Positions 25,581 to 39,929 are shown, numbered from the stretch's first letter. The stretch: 64,000 nucleotides of DNA from Octopus vulgaris (GCA_951406725.2 OX597814.1:138942001-139006000), one strand, 5' to 3'. The notes: generated from the sequence alone by a model not told the origin. Made by a program: numbers and translations.

Positions 25581-27146
25581 CAGTTCTTATTTTCCGTCTC
25601 CTAGATCCAATCACAATCACAAGTTATTGGTCGACCATGGGGCTATAGGAATAGACACTTTACCCAATGTATCGCGTACTGAAACAAGAACTGAAGCTTC
25701 ACTAATCCGTAATGTTAATTATACACTTACTGTCTACTCATTCATGCATTAATATATTTATTTTAGTTCGTTCTTCTCAACATTACTAGCCACCGAACAC
25801 ATTAACCAAAACCTAACACTTTATTTTTCCATTTACATTGCTGAAACCTCACTAAATCAGCAGTCATTAGTTTTCACCGGATAACGTCCAGCAAATTTCA
25901 TTTGAAGGCTCATAACTCTTTGAAATGTTTGTCTTTCTTTTAATTCGTGTTCTCTGAAAATTGCGCAACCATAACAATAAATCGTCAGAAAGACTTCATC
26001 GATAGCTCAACACGAAACGTCCTTCCAAGTAACACTTTCAGCAAATAAACAAGAACGATTCCTATGTAAGAAATATATATATAATGAACTACAAAATGTT
26101 TGCAGAGTAATTTATATCAGAGACATACCGTATCAGAACGGAAAAAGAAAGTTTGTTATCCATTATGCGAAAATGTAGAAATGCTTATTTTCCCTCAGGA
26201 TCATCTTTAATATAGCAGCATTGCTTCAGGTTTAAGTTTGTGCTATGTTATTATTATGATGATTTAGTACTGTGACTAAAACCATTTCTAGATTTTAATC
26301 CATAAAAGTTATGATGAAGGGAAAATTTAGAGTTAGCATGCCACCTTTTGATTGTAAGAATCTCTGAATATAAAATAAAATTGAGTATTCTCACGTGACT
26401 AAAATCAAATAGAGTAATATGTACAGCATAGGACTTCAACTGTACCTTATCAATTACCTGAGAAATCTTCAATTTTCTGCTGTTCTTAACAACGACGTAG
26501 ATTGCTATTATATATAGCCTCCAACAACAATAGCAAACCAACAGGAACAAATAAAGTCTCAGGTGATGCCGAGAACTAAAATGGCTGAACCTGCACATTT
26601 GTTACATATTGCAATTTCATAACTCTTTATAGCGTCCGTCAAATATTCTTTATATTAGTACATACTGCATCCTTGAGGAACTAATTATATCCAGCGCAAT
26701 TATATACATAGACATATAGTAAGTGTTTCGATATGCACTGAGGTTGTAATATCAAATTTCTCTCCTGAAAATAATTAGTATCTATCGCGTATATAACAAT
26801 GCGAGAGCAAATTGTATCCAATAATGGAATTAAAACTAGGAAGAACGATATCCTACAGAGGTGGTAATATAATTCGAGTTAGCTCCTATTCAAGAGAAGA
26901 TGGAAAGGAAAATTATAAACGTTCGTGCAAATATAACTTCCAGCACTTTCTTACATAAATACTTTATAAGATCGAACAATGTACTCATTGGACCGAATTC
27001 AGGAACTTGTTACCAGTTCCCTCTTAGACATTCTTTTTTTTATCATGACAATGTCGCCAAGTTTTCAAGCGTTCAAAACGAACGGATAAGTTAACTAATT
27101 TCCTGGATGTGTTTATATGTCTCTGTGCGCGCGCGCGCGCGGGCGC

Positions 27147-27179
<33 letters not shown>

Positions 27180-27589
27180 TGCGTGCGTATGCGTGCGTAT
27201 GTTTGTATGCAAGTGTGTATTATGTATGTATATATGTATTGAAAAACTGCTTTTTCGATTGAGATAGTGTGACAATTACTTAAAAATCCACGTACATATA
27301 TATATATCCAACTTCCACTCAGGCATTAAACACATTTTGTCTTCTTGTTATCGTTTGGTACATTTCAATAAATGACACAGTATATACGTGAGAACAGAAT
27401 AAAGCCGAATCTCCAATTTTATTCTGCTCTCCAGCATACATACAATGCCTTTGAATGTCACAACATATTCCTTCTGTAACATCTTTTAACCATTAAGTGT
27501 CGAAGTGCATCCCTTGACCAAGTTTGCATACATGAAGCAGCTCCTTTAGCGACATTCTTTGTCTGTTAGCCTAGAATATATGCCCAAAT

Positions 27590-28572
27590 AAGTCGCACGA
27601 CTCTACCGCAACGTATCATCAGATGAAAGGATGAGCCTGTATGAACAGAAGACTATGCATGGATATGTTAGTAGAAAGAAGCTCCGAGATGATAGTAACA
27701 TTGATCTTCAAAGCAGTTTATCGTGGGCCAATAACCGGATTACTGCCTCCATTTTTGAAGTGTATGCGTTTGAAATCCAGGAACAGGATAGAGTTGCATG
27801 AAAAGCAATAAAATGTGTCAACCACTGCAAACTTTGTGAAGTTCACACCCACATCATAAGCAGTTGTCCGAAAATGTCATTACGGTATTATCTACTGATG
27901 AGACATGATGATGTAGCTAGGACACTCTATAATGAAATCAGTCGAAAGGATATTCCCGAGGACAAAGAAATAAGAAGCCATAGTCATTCAAATTAAAAAG
28001 GAGTACTGGTGGAATGTAAGCACAACAGACCTGATATAATGATTTGGGATAGGGAAGAAAAACTGTGTACAGTTGTGGAAATTAGCTGCCCAGTGGATGT
28101 TAATATGAAGCTGACGATCGGTGAAAAAGAGAACACCTAAGCTGAACTATTGAGAAATATGTAGTTTTTCTATCCAGATTACAAGTTCAGGTTTATACCT
28201 ATAATTATTGGTGACCTGGGATATGTAACATACTGCCTAAATACCAATCTTGAGAAATTAGGCTTCTCTACAACAGAAAGGAGAAAGCTAATTTGAAGAC
28301 TGCAGATCCAATCCATCACTGAAACTGTAAAAATCTGTAAGACTTTCCAGAAGTTTATCATTTAAATATATATGAACATGTCTAGATATGCAACTATATA
28401 CATGAAAATACATACAAAAAACCAAAACATACAAATCTGCATATATACATACACTCATACATACATAAAACAAAAGTACTGTTGTTGTTGTTGAAATTCT
28501 AATGAATCTAGGTTAGAAACTGGCTCTTTCTCTATTGCCAAGAAATCTTGAAATAAAACTAAGCAATGACAT
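27590..28572 (+). mobile_element. 5'-truncated R4/Dong-type LINE fragment (CCHC, REL endonuclease, 3' UTR)
   Basis: MHGYVSRK...YAFEIQEQ...HCKLCEVHTHIISSCPKMSLRYYLLMRHDDVARTLYNEI...KHNRPDIMIWDREEKLCTVVEISCPVDVN...FIPIIIGDLGYV...TVKICKTFQKFII*, with several in-frame stops. Confidence 0.92.
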
Positions 28573-28917
28573 ATTTTTTCTTTTATTCTTTTACTTGTTT
28601 CAGTCATTTGACCGCGGCCATAATGGAGCACCGATATTTGTATAAGATGTCATCCAAGAGTAGGGCCCCTTGTTTACATCACGAGAATCTCCGCAAATTC
28701 AACATGAATTTGAGTTTACCAAAATGGATTCAAACACCATTCCTCCATGTGGTCGGCTTGAAAAATTGGTAAGTTATTAAGATATTTTCCTATTTTTGTT
28801 TACATGAAATCAATGGTAGCCTTCATTTACAAATAAAGAAATTCTATCCATCAATGCGTGCTGAGCAGTCATTTGCACCGAGTGACATTTACGTATTTAT
28901 ATACGTATATATATGTA

Positions 28918-28982
<65 letters not shown>

Positions 28983-29126
28983 GCATATGCTTGACGGCGT
29001 AGTACTAGTCTAATCTAAATAACATAAAAACATCAGACACTAAACCTGTGCAAGAAACAATTTCTGTTTGTTATGATCAGTAAAAGACGTTACACAATTA
29101 TAGTTAGTCATAATTTGTTTACAGCA

Positions 29127-29161
<35 letters not shown>

Positions 29162-29417
29162 TGCTGCTGGTGTTTATGTCATCCCTGATTGAATAGACCC
29201 ATGATCAAAGGGGTTGAAGCTAACCATCTGAATTTAGAGCTTCTCTACTTTAGTGCATCCTGTGTCTTGTTTTAGTTTGTTTTTAAAGACGAGGCGTCGT
29301 GATTTTAAGATTTGTCTACTTCATTGATGAAGAGGTTAATATTTCGCATGCGGCTATTCTATGTCACTAAAAATGCATAACTTAATTCTGAAAGGAATAA
29401 CATTACAAATTATTGTA

Positions 29418-29566
29418 TTACGTTCTGAGTTCAAATCCTGCCGAGGTCGACTTCGCATTCCTTTCGAGGCAATAAAATAAGTACTAGCTGAGCACAGAGG
29501 TTGATATCATCAACTTACTCCCTCTCTCGAACCTGCTGGCCTTGAGCCAAAATTTGAAACTAGTAT
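29418..29566 (+). mobile_element. 5'-truncated SINE family A copy
   Basis: TACGTTCTGAGTTCAAATCCTGCCGAGGTCGACTT...GGCCTTGAGCCAAAATTTGAAAC. Confidence 0.8.
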
Positions 29567-29643
29567 TACATACGACTGTACTATTAATAATATAACAGCC
29601 TTTTCTAATTGAGAATCTTTAGAAACCTCGGCTTCCACAAATA

Positions 29644-30890
29644 TTAGTTTGATCCGAAAATAATAGCTGATTTCATGAACATAATTCTATTCTGGAAAAA
29701 TTAGCAATAGAAAAGTTTTGATTAGTCGAAGTATGAGCTGTGAACGTCTATGCATCTCTGCCATCGATCAACGAGATTATCTATGCATCGTTGATAAAAA
29801 ATTTATTGGCTTTGATGCTAAGAAATTTTTGCAAGTTGGTTCCACCTTTGGTTTGGACCTGAAAATTTTATCACTTAAAAACGTGTTTAAAAGCTTTAAA
29901 AAATGATAGTCAGTGGGTAAATGGTCAGTAGAATATGGAGGATGTGGTGAAGTCTCATATCTCAAGTCTGTGAGTTTCTGCAGTGTCATTCTCCATTATC
30001 GTGGAGCAGAATTGGGCCACGCCGATTCACTAATGCTGGTCAAATTTTTTGCAAGTGAGCATGCAATTCAGCGAGTTAATTGAGGTAAACCTCTGCTGTA
30101 ATGCTCTGATTGGCTTCCAGAAAGCTGTAATGGACAACATCAATTGCAGACCACCAAACAATCACCATAATCTTTTGCTTATGCAACTTCGGCTTTGGGA
30201 AATATTTGGGGGACTCATCACGATCAAGCCATTAACCTGATCGTTTAGGGCTATCATAAGGGATCCACTTTTGGTCACAAGTGACTATTCGGTCAAGAAA
30301 AGGATCATTAGTGTTTCGCAAAAAGAGCATCGGGCACACTTCAATTTCATTTCGCTCATGTGGTACCGATTTATCAAGCTTTTTCACCTTACCAATCTTC
30401 TGCAGATTGCGTGAGACCGTTGCAGTACCGACAACATGTGAGACATTTCTCTGACACTTTGACGGTGGTTGTGTTCAACAATTGCTTTCAATTGTTCATT
30501 GTCAAGTCTGCATGACCGTCCTCTACCTTCTTCAACTTCAAGGCTCTCATCACCACTACGGAATTTCTGAAACTACTTTCATACTGAGCGATCAATTATG
30601 GAACCCTCTCCCCATGGTCTGTTGACATTGGTAGCAGTTTGGGAGGCATTGTGCCAAAGATTAAACTCATACAAGGAAAGTAAGCGGAGGTCCTTTTTTG
30701 TCATGTTCATAATTAAGAGTGTCTATGCTTCAAGAATGTTTTCTGTCTCAAATAATTAGAAAATTATTAAAGAGCATACATCAATTATTAAGTATGTTGA
30801 GATTCACCTAAAATATAATTAACATATTATGATAAAATTGCGTTTCGAAACACAACACTTAGAACGGCCATTATTTTCGGAATAACCTAA
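29644..30890 (-). mobile_element. Full-length decayed mariner transposon (about 1.25 kb) with TIRs and TA target duplication
   Basis: TIRs TTAGTTTGATCCGAAAATAATAGC and (reverse complement) TTAGGTTATTCCGAAAATAATGGC, each flanked by TA. Confidence 0.92.
29700..30710 (-). pseudogene. Mariner transposase pseudogene (DD34D type, cecropia/Hsmar1-like N-terminus)
   Basis: MTKKDLRLLSLYEFNLWHNASQTATNVNRPWGEGS, KVKKLDKSVPHE (WVPHEL motif), PFLDRIVTCDQKWIPY, PHPPYSTDHLPTDYHF (YSPDLAPxDY motif). Frameshifts and an internal deletion are present. Confidence 0.9.
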
Positions 30891-31801
30891 TAGTTACTAG
30901 GGTATCTACGAGTAATTCTTTAATATTTTCATGTTTTTATTACGTATAGCGAGGCGCCATATTCGTAATCTTGGTATCTGTAGATAGTAAGAAGAGCTAT
31001 ACATCTCAACAGGAAATTTGGTATAAACTAAGTCTTGGTTAAAACGTGTTGTGTTTGATGGATTTAGCACTGCTGAACTAAGACATATTTGTCTTGTTTA
31101 ACCGTTTATGAAATTTCACTATGTGAAAGAGAATATATGAATAATAATTTTTATGTAGGCATTTTCTAAGACATAGAATCGATTTCAAGTGTTCCTATAA
31201 AGTATTGTAGTATATAATAATGTACTATTTAAATAAAATATTGCAGTATAATAGTTTACTCTTTTACTACTGTATAATTTTAAAAGATATGAACGGCTTA
31301 TTTTTTAATTATGAAGATGTTTAACCAAAGATAAGCATCTAGATCACCCAAAGTTTGATACAAATTCGATCAACAATTTAAAGGGGTTTCACTTCCCTTA
31401 ATTAGCTAACGTCAATTCGGAATGACAACAAGATTACACTCCTTTATTTGTCCTATATATGATGGTCATTGCGCAGTCAAAAAGAAACTAATCTATAGGA
31501 AACGAAATGTTTAGTTATCAAAAGATTTCGAAACTGTTTTCTCCACATTTACACAACATCCTATAACCATTCATTGAAGAGGGACACTATTTAAGATGTG
31601 TTATTTAAGTATCTAGAAGAAGCCACTTACTTTATATCAACAGGCAGCAGTCACCCATTAATGGACACATACAACTAATCAAATTGACGCCATTATTATT
31701 TAAGATTACGTTAAATTAAACACAAACACATAAAACGCACCCACACACATGCATACAGAAAAAGTTGTGTTTTCTGTGTGTGGTTTTGTATGTGAGTGTG
31801 T

Positions 31802-31922
<121 letters not shown>

Positions 31923-32454
31923 GTGTTGTGCATGCTTGCTTTGTCTGTGTGCGATGTGTGAATGGGTGTTTTGTGTGTATGTATACTGCACAGAAGACAC
32001 GACAGTGTTCTAGATTAGCTTTTTTTATTAAGTCTATTAAGTCTAATTTTCATATTTTTATGAGCCAATTGCAGTTTGTATGGTAGGCTTTCATTGAAGG
32101 GTTATCGAAACTGGAAATAACCAAACAAATCGCTCCTAAATCACCTAACCTTACTGCCTTAAAATTAAAATATGGGGTTATTAGGGTTTTTGATCTTTGA
32201 TTTTCACAAGGACAAATGGAAGATTTTAGAGAAAACGTACCTAAGTGTTTTAAAAAAAACAAGTTTACCACATTCAAAAACCAAATTTCATACTCTACAG
32301 AAACGATAAAAGGAAGGACATATATTCCTGATATATAAAAATACATGGTAGTTACGACTAGAACGTCTTTTATGTTAGATCAACTCTATCAGATTATAAG
32401 TGAGTCTCGATAGCAACAAGAGAACATCAACGTGATAACGGACGTTAGAGACTT

Positions 32455-32845
32455 TGAGAGGGCGGCCGAACTGCTAGAAAAAGTTAACGAATCTCCCTTA
32501 TATCACACACCAAACAGTCTTTAAAAAGCAAGACCCCTTTGGTCAATATATTCCCTAATATCAAAAATAAAAGGAGGCCCATGGCTGGGAAGTTTTCTAT
32601 CATCTGTTTCGTCAATCAGAGTTAATCCTAGACTAAACAGCAACAGCTGATAGAGCATCTGCATAGCTAACTGATCTGCTGCAAATAACAGTCAGAGATT
32701 ACACATATGACATCCTACCGCCTTAGCCAATGTCATTTTTGAGACGCACAACGATGCAGAGGGTGACTTTCGTGGTAGATCTGCTCACGCTAGAAATAAC
32801 CAGTGCAGATTTCTACCGAATCACACACCCTACCGTCTTAAAATG
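32455..32845. repeat. Three degenerate copies of an unclassified interspersed repeat
   Basis: Recurring CTGCTAGAAATAAC...ATCACAC..CCTACCGTCTTAAAA variants. Reverse-complement relatives lie at about 29170-29340 and 44890-45170. Confidence 0.5.
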
Positions 32846-32923
32846 CAACATTATACACAAAATTCAATGTTAATGCTAAATACACTATCTTTAAGGTATC
32901 GTCTTTGTCTTATTATAAGTCAT

Positions 32924-32997
<74 letters not shown>

Positions 32998-34854
32998 TTG
33001 AACATAAATGTTTCAATCGATATATCTAAGAAGCTATTAAAAACGACTAAGCACCATTTACCACGCTTTCAGTTACGTGGTCTTTGACGTCAATTGACAG
33101 CTCATATGAGTCTGTCTACCTGTCTGTGTGAGTCTCTTTTAAAAGTTTCTCCTCCTCGAAAAATAATTAGAAAAGAGGAAACGTAAGATTGTTATATTTT
33201 GACGGGTTTTAGCGACAGATTGAGAAAATATGCAAACTGTATCGAGATATCGATTGACTGTCTTTCATTCTACCATCATGGAGAGAACTCAAAGTCTAAA
33301 ATTCTTTCTTTAGTTTTACATACAAGTTACGTCACACACATTTTAAACGAATACTCTCTTATCGCCCTTCGCACAGATAGCAGAGAAAGCCATACGTATC
33401 AGACAGGATTTGATCTCAGAGTCAAAGAGTTAGAAATTAAATATTTTAATATATTTAGTCAGTTGTTTTACTTCCTCACCCAGTTCTTCAGTTCTTTAGC
33501 CTAGAGTAAAATATTTGTTTCGGAAACTATTATCAATAGCATCAATATACAACAACAATAAATTTTAAAGAAAAAAAATGCGCTTTAATTACAAACTGGA
33601 TTCTCTACAAACAACTGCTAGATTCTAGCTTAATTAGTCTATAGAGACAAAGACATAAAGATATTAATGATTTTATATCGTCTAACATGCAAATTGTATC
33701 GTAAGTGAATGAAAAGAAAATACTATTAAATGATAATTACTCAATATTAAAACGAAAAAAGAGAAAAAAAATATCGTGGTATTTTACAAAAAGAGAAAAT
33801 ATAACAGCTAATTAGACAGAAAAAGAAAATTAAACCAATAGTTGAAAAGATTTTATCAAAGTCATTAATGTTTAGCGTCAATAAAAGTAAGGCATTATTA
33901 TCCAAGGCAGTGGCGAATACAATGAAACGAAGAAAAAATCTTGGAAGTAATATAAAACATTTAAATATAAACCAATCTGAGGAAAACCTACAGTTCATCT
34001 AAAAGCAGAAGCCAACATAGATTGTGGTTGTTAGATTTTTAATTAATCCTGGAGGTTAATTTCATTTTTTTATTCTTGACAATATAAATTCTATTTTTAA
34101 TGTAAAAATCACTAATTTCATTACTTTTTTTTTTTTTCCGATTTTCTGGTTTAATATAATTCCTATGTAAAATAGATTATCAGAACTTTTGACTCACTTA
34201 TTGAGTGTCATGTAATCATCACTGAAATATTCTTTTTAAAAAATCCAGAAAATGTACGGTTATGCTATTATCCTCAGTTTCCAAGCGTAGGGTCCCGGTT
34301 ATCAGAGTCCCCCCTCTCCCTCATTTTTCATCTCTCTCTCTCTCTCTTCTTCTCTCTCTCTTTCTCTTTCTCTATCCAGAGATATATCTCTAAGTAAGGA
34401 AATCCTACTCTGTGTCCCATTTCTAAGGCACTGCCCGCCATCGCCTATCACACTTACTCCTAATATCTCGAAGGGACCAGCAGCAATTAACAACGACATT
34501 CCCCAGTACGCTGAATTCTCATCTTAATGATCACCAGTACAACGACCCTAAAGCTAAATCTACTTTAGACCTAATTATATCAGAAGGCAAGAGGAAGCTA
34601 TGGCCTCGAGCCTTCCTCCAGACATAACTAATTAAAAAAGAATTATTTTAAAACATTACAAGGCAACAGTTTTGCGGAAAAGTTCAATGAAAATGTGGCG
34701 TACGTAGATTTCATCTTTTATCGGTTAGTACAGTCTGCACTGTGACGAACGAAATAACAACTGTCAGTATTTAGTTGTGTCTCTGTAGGTTCTAAGCTGA
34801 AATCTTGCCTAGGCTAATTTGATTCTTCCTACGCATGGATGAAATTAAAATATC

Positions 34855-35435
34855 TTTTCTATTATAGGCACAAGGGCTGAATTCTGATGGGGGGGGGAGT
34901 CGATTACATCGATCCAAGTGTTTATCTGGTGCTTATCTTATCGACCCCGAAAGGATGAAAGGCAAAGTTGACCTCGGCAGAATTTGAACTCAGAACGTAA
35001 CGGCAGACAAAATACCTATTTCTTTACTACCCACAAGGGGCTAAACACAGAGAGGACAAACAAGGACAGACAAACGAATTAAGTCGATTATATCGACCCC
35101 AGTGCGTAACTGGTACTTATTTAATCGACCCCGAAAGGATGAAAGGCAAAGTCGACCTCGTCGGAATTTGAACTCAGAACGTAGCGGCAGACGAAATACC
35201 TATTTCTTTACTACCCACAAGGGGCTAAACACAGAGAGGACAAACAAGGACAGACAAACGAATTAAGTCGATTATATCGACCCCAGTGCGTAACTGGTAC
35301 TTAATTTATCGACCCCGAAAGGATGAAAGGCAAAGTCGACCTCGGCGGAATTTGAACTCAGAACGTAACGGCAGACGAAATACCGCTAAGCATTTCGCCC
35401 GGCGTGCTAACGTTTCTGCCAGATCGCTGTCTTTG
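34855..35435 (-). mobile_element. SINE family A composite: head plus three cores at a 184-bp period
   Basis: GACCCCGAAAGGATGAAAGGCAAAG at 34943, 35127 and 35311. The long-tail units are nearly identical. Confidence 0.95.
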
Positions 35436-35537
35436 AAGAGATCAAAATATATTAACAATTAGCAGTCGATATATCGAATACACTCTCCCTATAAAGTGTC
35501 TAGTTTCGTACCTACACTACTAATCTTTATCGTTTAA

Positions 35538-36400
35538 CTAACCTAAGTACCCGGCGTTGCTCGTAAGTTTAAAGAATGTTAAAGGAAATAAATATATTTA
35601 TTCTGATAAAAAAATATATTTTCAGAAAAATTCTATCAGATGACGTGAGTTTAAACAAAATTATTAAAGCAAAGCCTGAAATCAATCAGAGATTAATTTT
35701 GTAGAACTTCTAAACATACAATGTTTTCAGTGTGTCCTTTAACTGGAGTACAAATAAAATGAGTTTTGGGACTTCCAACTCGCGAACATCCTACATATAA
35801 TTGCCCATGCGAGGAGCAAGGAGAAACAAGGTTAAGTTCAACGACCTTGAGAGATTGTCCTTCAGATTTGTTTATCGACATAGCAAAACTTAGTTTCACT
35901 AGACTTGGAGCCATTTAAAATTCAAAGGGGAGGTCATATGAGATTAACGGGATCCGTGGAATGAAAACATCTTCACCCTTATGAAGGGTGAATGAAGACA
36001 TCCTCCCCAGTCTAGTGCTATTGCGCAATGAGGTGGATCCAGATTCCTGTGCACCATGATTTGGGCCCCCTTTTAAACTATGTTAAGCTGTGAGGTGGCA
36101 TCTCAGATAGCGGTAGAGAGCTCAGGAACTCAGTTGGAAAAATTACAGCTTGGTCCTGATCAATGACAAAGTCGATGGATGTGAAAGACCGTTCTTGTTT
36201 TGGCCACAACTGCAAGATATCCCAGTTGATTTTGTCGACAGCATCATTACCTGGAGTAAGATGGCTCACTCACATAGCCATTGGCTGTTGCTAAAGTTTT
36301 GTGCAATGCTTGGAAACGCATGCATTTTGAGATCATTGACAGTTGGTACCATCTCACCACAGGGTAGTTTGTATTGCTGTTGAATGTCTCTATATAAATG
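35538..36400 (-). mobile_element. Helitron 3' part: PIF1-family helicase pseudogene and 3' terminus
   Basis: LTPGNDAVDKIN...FPTEFLSSLPLSEMPPHSL, RNLDPP, GEDVFIPRIPLI, LSFAMSINKSEGQSLKVV...CSSHGQLYVGCSRVG...NIVCLEVL*. A GC-rich subterminal GAGCAACGCCGGGTA precedes a TTAG/T end. Confidence 0.9.
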
Positions 36401-36814
36401 ATAGCAAAATATGTATGGAATTAAAATTCTGGTTCGATCAAGCTAGTAAAGTTTAAGCGTTTTTGGTAACAACATATTCTCTCTTCTAATTAAATATTGA
36501 AAAAGAGAGAAAATGCCACCCTCTCTTTTTCAAGAGAAATTAAGTTAGCTTGGCTCGTGTATAGTGCATTACATCGCCTCTAACCCTTTCCAATATCTAA
36601 TATGTTCATTTATGACCTTTAGACCTTTTTGGAGGGTGAAATATAATAGGGTTAAGGAGGATGCTCGGGAGAGGCTGGAAGGTTAGGGGAGGTTTCTCAC
36701 CCCCTTCCCCTTTACCCGGTGATATAATCGAGAAGGGTATAGGGAAGGGTAAAGAAAGACACTGCAGCCCCACCTTTGGGAGAGGAGGCGTTACCCCCAC
36801 CCTTTACCGGTTAG

Positions 36815-37155
36815 TATGTAATGTTATCAGCATACAATATTTTTTAATCTCTATCCAAGTATAATTACTCACATCTGATTTAAAATAGAAATATCCAATG
36901 TTAATAAGTCGAGTTGTTCCAAAAATAATAAAAATAGGTAATGTAAGTTATCTGCATATAATATTTTTAATCCATATCAAAGAATAAATACTCACATCGG
37001 ATTTAAATGTGAAATATCAAGTGTTAATAAAGCGAGTTGTTCCAAAACTATCCAAAATATGTATTAGAAGTTTATCAAGATATAGTATTTTCTAATCCCT
37101 AACCAAGTAGAAGTAGTCACAACGGATTTGAATATGAAATATCGAGTGTAATCTA
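36815..37155. repeat. Tandem repeat of about 123 bp, about three diverged copies
   Basis: A(C/G)TCACA(T/A)C.GATTT at 36867, 36990 and 37115. CGAGTTGTTCCAAAA occurs twice. Confidence 0.85.
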
Positions 37156-38439
37156 GCTACTTTTCTTAGGTCCATTCCACAAAAAATTATTTGAATAACT
37201 CATGTCAATATCTCCAACTTATGTCACGAGAATACTGAACATTAACATTTATAAAGTTTATCGTATAAATTGAAAGATACCTAAAAGACAGAATGAATAT
37301 CTTATATCAATGTAATAAGAGTTTTCACCGGGCGGGCGTCTGTATGAAGACCTTTCGTTATTTAGAAACCATACTGTTTCTTTTTCTTCAGAAAATTACA
37401 TAAGGTGTGTGTAACATCGAATTTTAAGTTTTACATTACAGAAATTCCAGTTCTTCTCGGAGGGGTTGCAGGGGCTTAACTCCGGCCCTACTGTAAACAA
37501 ATTTATGGTTTAGGGTTACTGTTAGGGTTAGTATTAAGCGAGTATGGTATTTAAATATTTACCAAACTTTTATCCAGTTACAATTATGTATATCAGTGAA
37601 AGTGTTGGCGTGAATGCGCGCTCAATAGTTTAGTCACTGGCTCAGTACCTAAAGTTGTGTTCTTCATTCCAAAATAATAAAAACTTTAACATACTTCCAA
37701 AATGAGACTTCGTCGATGTGTACCCGCGTGCGTGTATGTGCAGGTGTCTGTGTGGGGATGGATAAGTTAGTGCGCAAGAAAAATATTTACGGAAATGTAC
37801 ACATAATAATTCTAACAAAATAAGTTATCTTTATATGCCATGTTTGCAATTCTCCATATAAATTATAGCAAAGTGTCTATTAAATGAAATTAACATCCTG
37901 GTGCAGTGACAGATCAATCAAACTAAAGTTGTTTTGGTAACAGCATATTCTCTCTTCTAATTAAATATTGAAAAAGTGAGAAAATGCAACCCTCTCTTTT
38001 GCAAGAGAAATTAATTTTGGCGGTAAGGACTAAACCCCTTTTTCCATTATCACAATTAAAAACCGGTTTATCTTTACTTCCAAAAAAGAGATGGCTTCGT
38101 AGAAGTGTGACGGATAATTATTCACTATCGGGTTTGTTTCTAACAGAATCGTTTACCTTTAAAGCGAAAAAACCAAAACCGACGTATACGACTGGTTTGT
38201 AAAACATATTTCTGTTTACTTGTTCTGTTCATCTGCATAAGATGTAGAAATTGCTGCACGCGCGCAAACACAAACACAGAAATTTTCCAGACATTTAGCT
38301 GTTATTTTTAGCCGCTCACATTCAGTTCTAGACAACGGGATGGGGTGTATTGATGTCTATAAAAGGAAAAGGCTGGTACCAGTAACGTTGTATACATTGC
38401 TGTCAGCACGCAAAATCCTGCAACAGATACTGTACGACA

Positions 38440-38620
38440 TCTCATCCATCTACTCACAGTTTTACCAATCTCGCTTTCTGAAACGGCACTTCTTTTCCAT
38501 CCAGAGAGGTTGAAAGGCAAAGCTGACCTCGATGAGAATTGAACTTAAACTACGAAGAGTCGGAACAAATATGACGAAGCATCATATATAACACTCTCAC
38601 AATTTTGTCAATTCGCTGCT
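38440..38620 (-). mobile_element. Degraded SINE family A copy
   Basis: AGGTTGAAAGGCAAAGCTGACCTCGATGAGAATTGAACT. Confidence 0.6.
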
Positions 38621-39929
38621 ATGTATGCAACGAAAGTAAAATTAATTAGCTACAGACGGATGTCATAACTTATGACTTACCTAACTTAGAATTTACGTAA
38701 CGAGCTACCTGGACGTCAGGGCTATGTAACTCGCTACGAATTAATGAATAGATAAATTAGATATTTAAAAAAGAGAGAGACGGGAAATAATTTTGCACTC
38801 GCTCTATATATTTCTTAATTAAATTAAAATGTTTCCTATCATGTTTCATCATTTACATATTGTTCTATCAATTATTTATTGTTGTACTCGCGTTATTAGA
38901 TCACGTTGACAAAAGTTCATTAAATGAAGCAAAATTCGATCAATTCTTTGTTAATTATAATTTACAGCATTTTATTGCAAAAATAAATATTTTAAACTGA
39001 ACTTTTATATTCATGTTTTAATTCGTCCTCTATTTATAGTTTCTAATTTCATTGTTTGTACTTTATGGGTTTCATTTTTATTGCAAAACGAAAAAGTAAA
39101 GTAAATTTTAATTAGTGATATATAAATAGATATTTTCGTAGCAGAAAATAAAAACAGTTAAAATATATGACACGTTATTATTAAATTTTCTTATGGTTAG
39201 TAATGAATTAAAGGGAAAACAGCAGCTGCTGCTGTTCGTGTTGCTAGAGATATTGCAGGAAGTCAGTCAATTAAAATCACCTGATGGTAGATGAAAGTAA
39301 TTGAAATCGGTATCTAATTCTACCCCTAAAAGAATAAAATAAAACGAATTAACAATTAAATTAAGAAGTGGAGAAAAAACACCGTAATCGACGAGTTGAG
39401 TGGCGTCGAAACTAGATTTTAATAACGAAAATGAATTTTTTTTTTCCCAGTGTTTTCGCTCAAAATTAATTTCACAGAAAATGAAATCTTCATATAATGT
39501 TCAGAGATTCGCTGATATAAAGTTTGTTTAATAACGTCCATAGAAGGTAACCACAAACCTTGATACCAAAGCCATTCACTTAATGTGAATTTTTTTCTTA
39601 CGATTGGATAAGTTGGGGAAAATAGGAGAGAGCTTAATTAAATGAAATTCAGGATGGCTTCGTAGTTAAAACGTTCGTTTTGCAACCATCAGATTCCTAG
39701 TTCGAGCATATTGCATGGTATCTTGAGTAAGTAGCTTCTAACATATTTTGAGATTGACCAAATATCTTCTAAGTTAAATTTTGTGCTCGTAAAATGTACA
39801 TATGCATGAATTTTACTGAGTAAAGGTTTATGATCTGTTCTGACTGTCAATCTTGTTCGATGGCAACGTTGTAAAGGAAATGACCATGTTCCCTTCGTAA
39901 GCTATTCATTCTTTTAATTTAAAAAAGCA

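Noticed and set aside
37508-37532. TTAGGG-like hexamers as an interstitial telomere
   Set aside because: Only two or three interrupted units are present.
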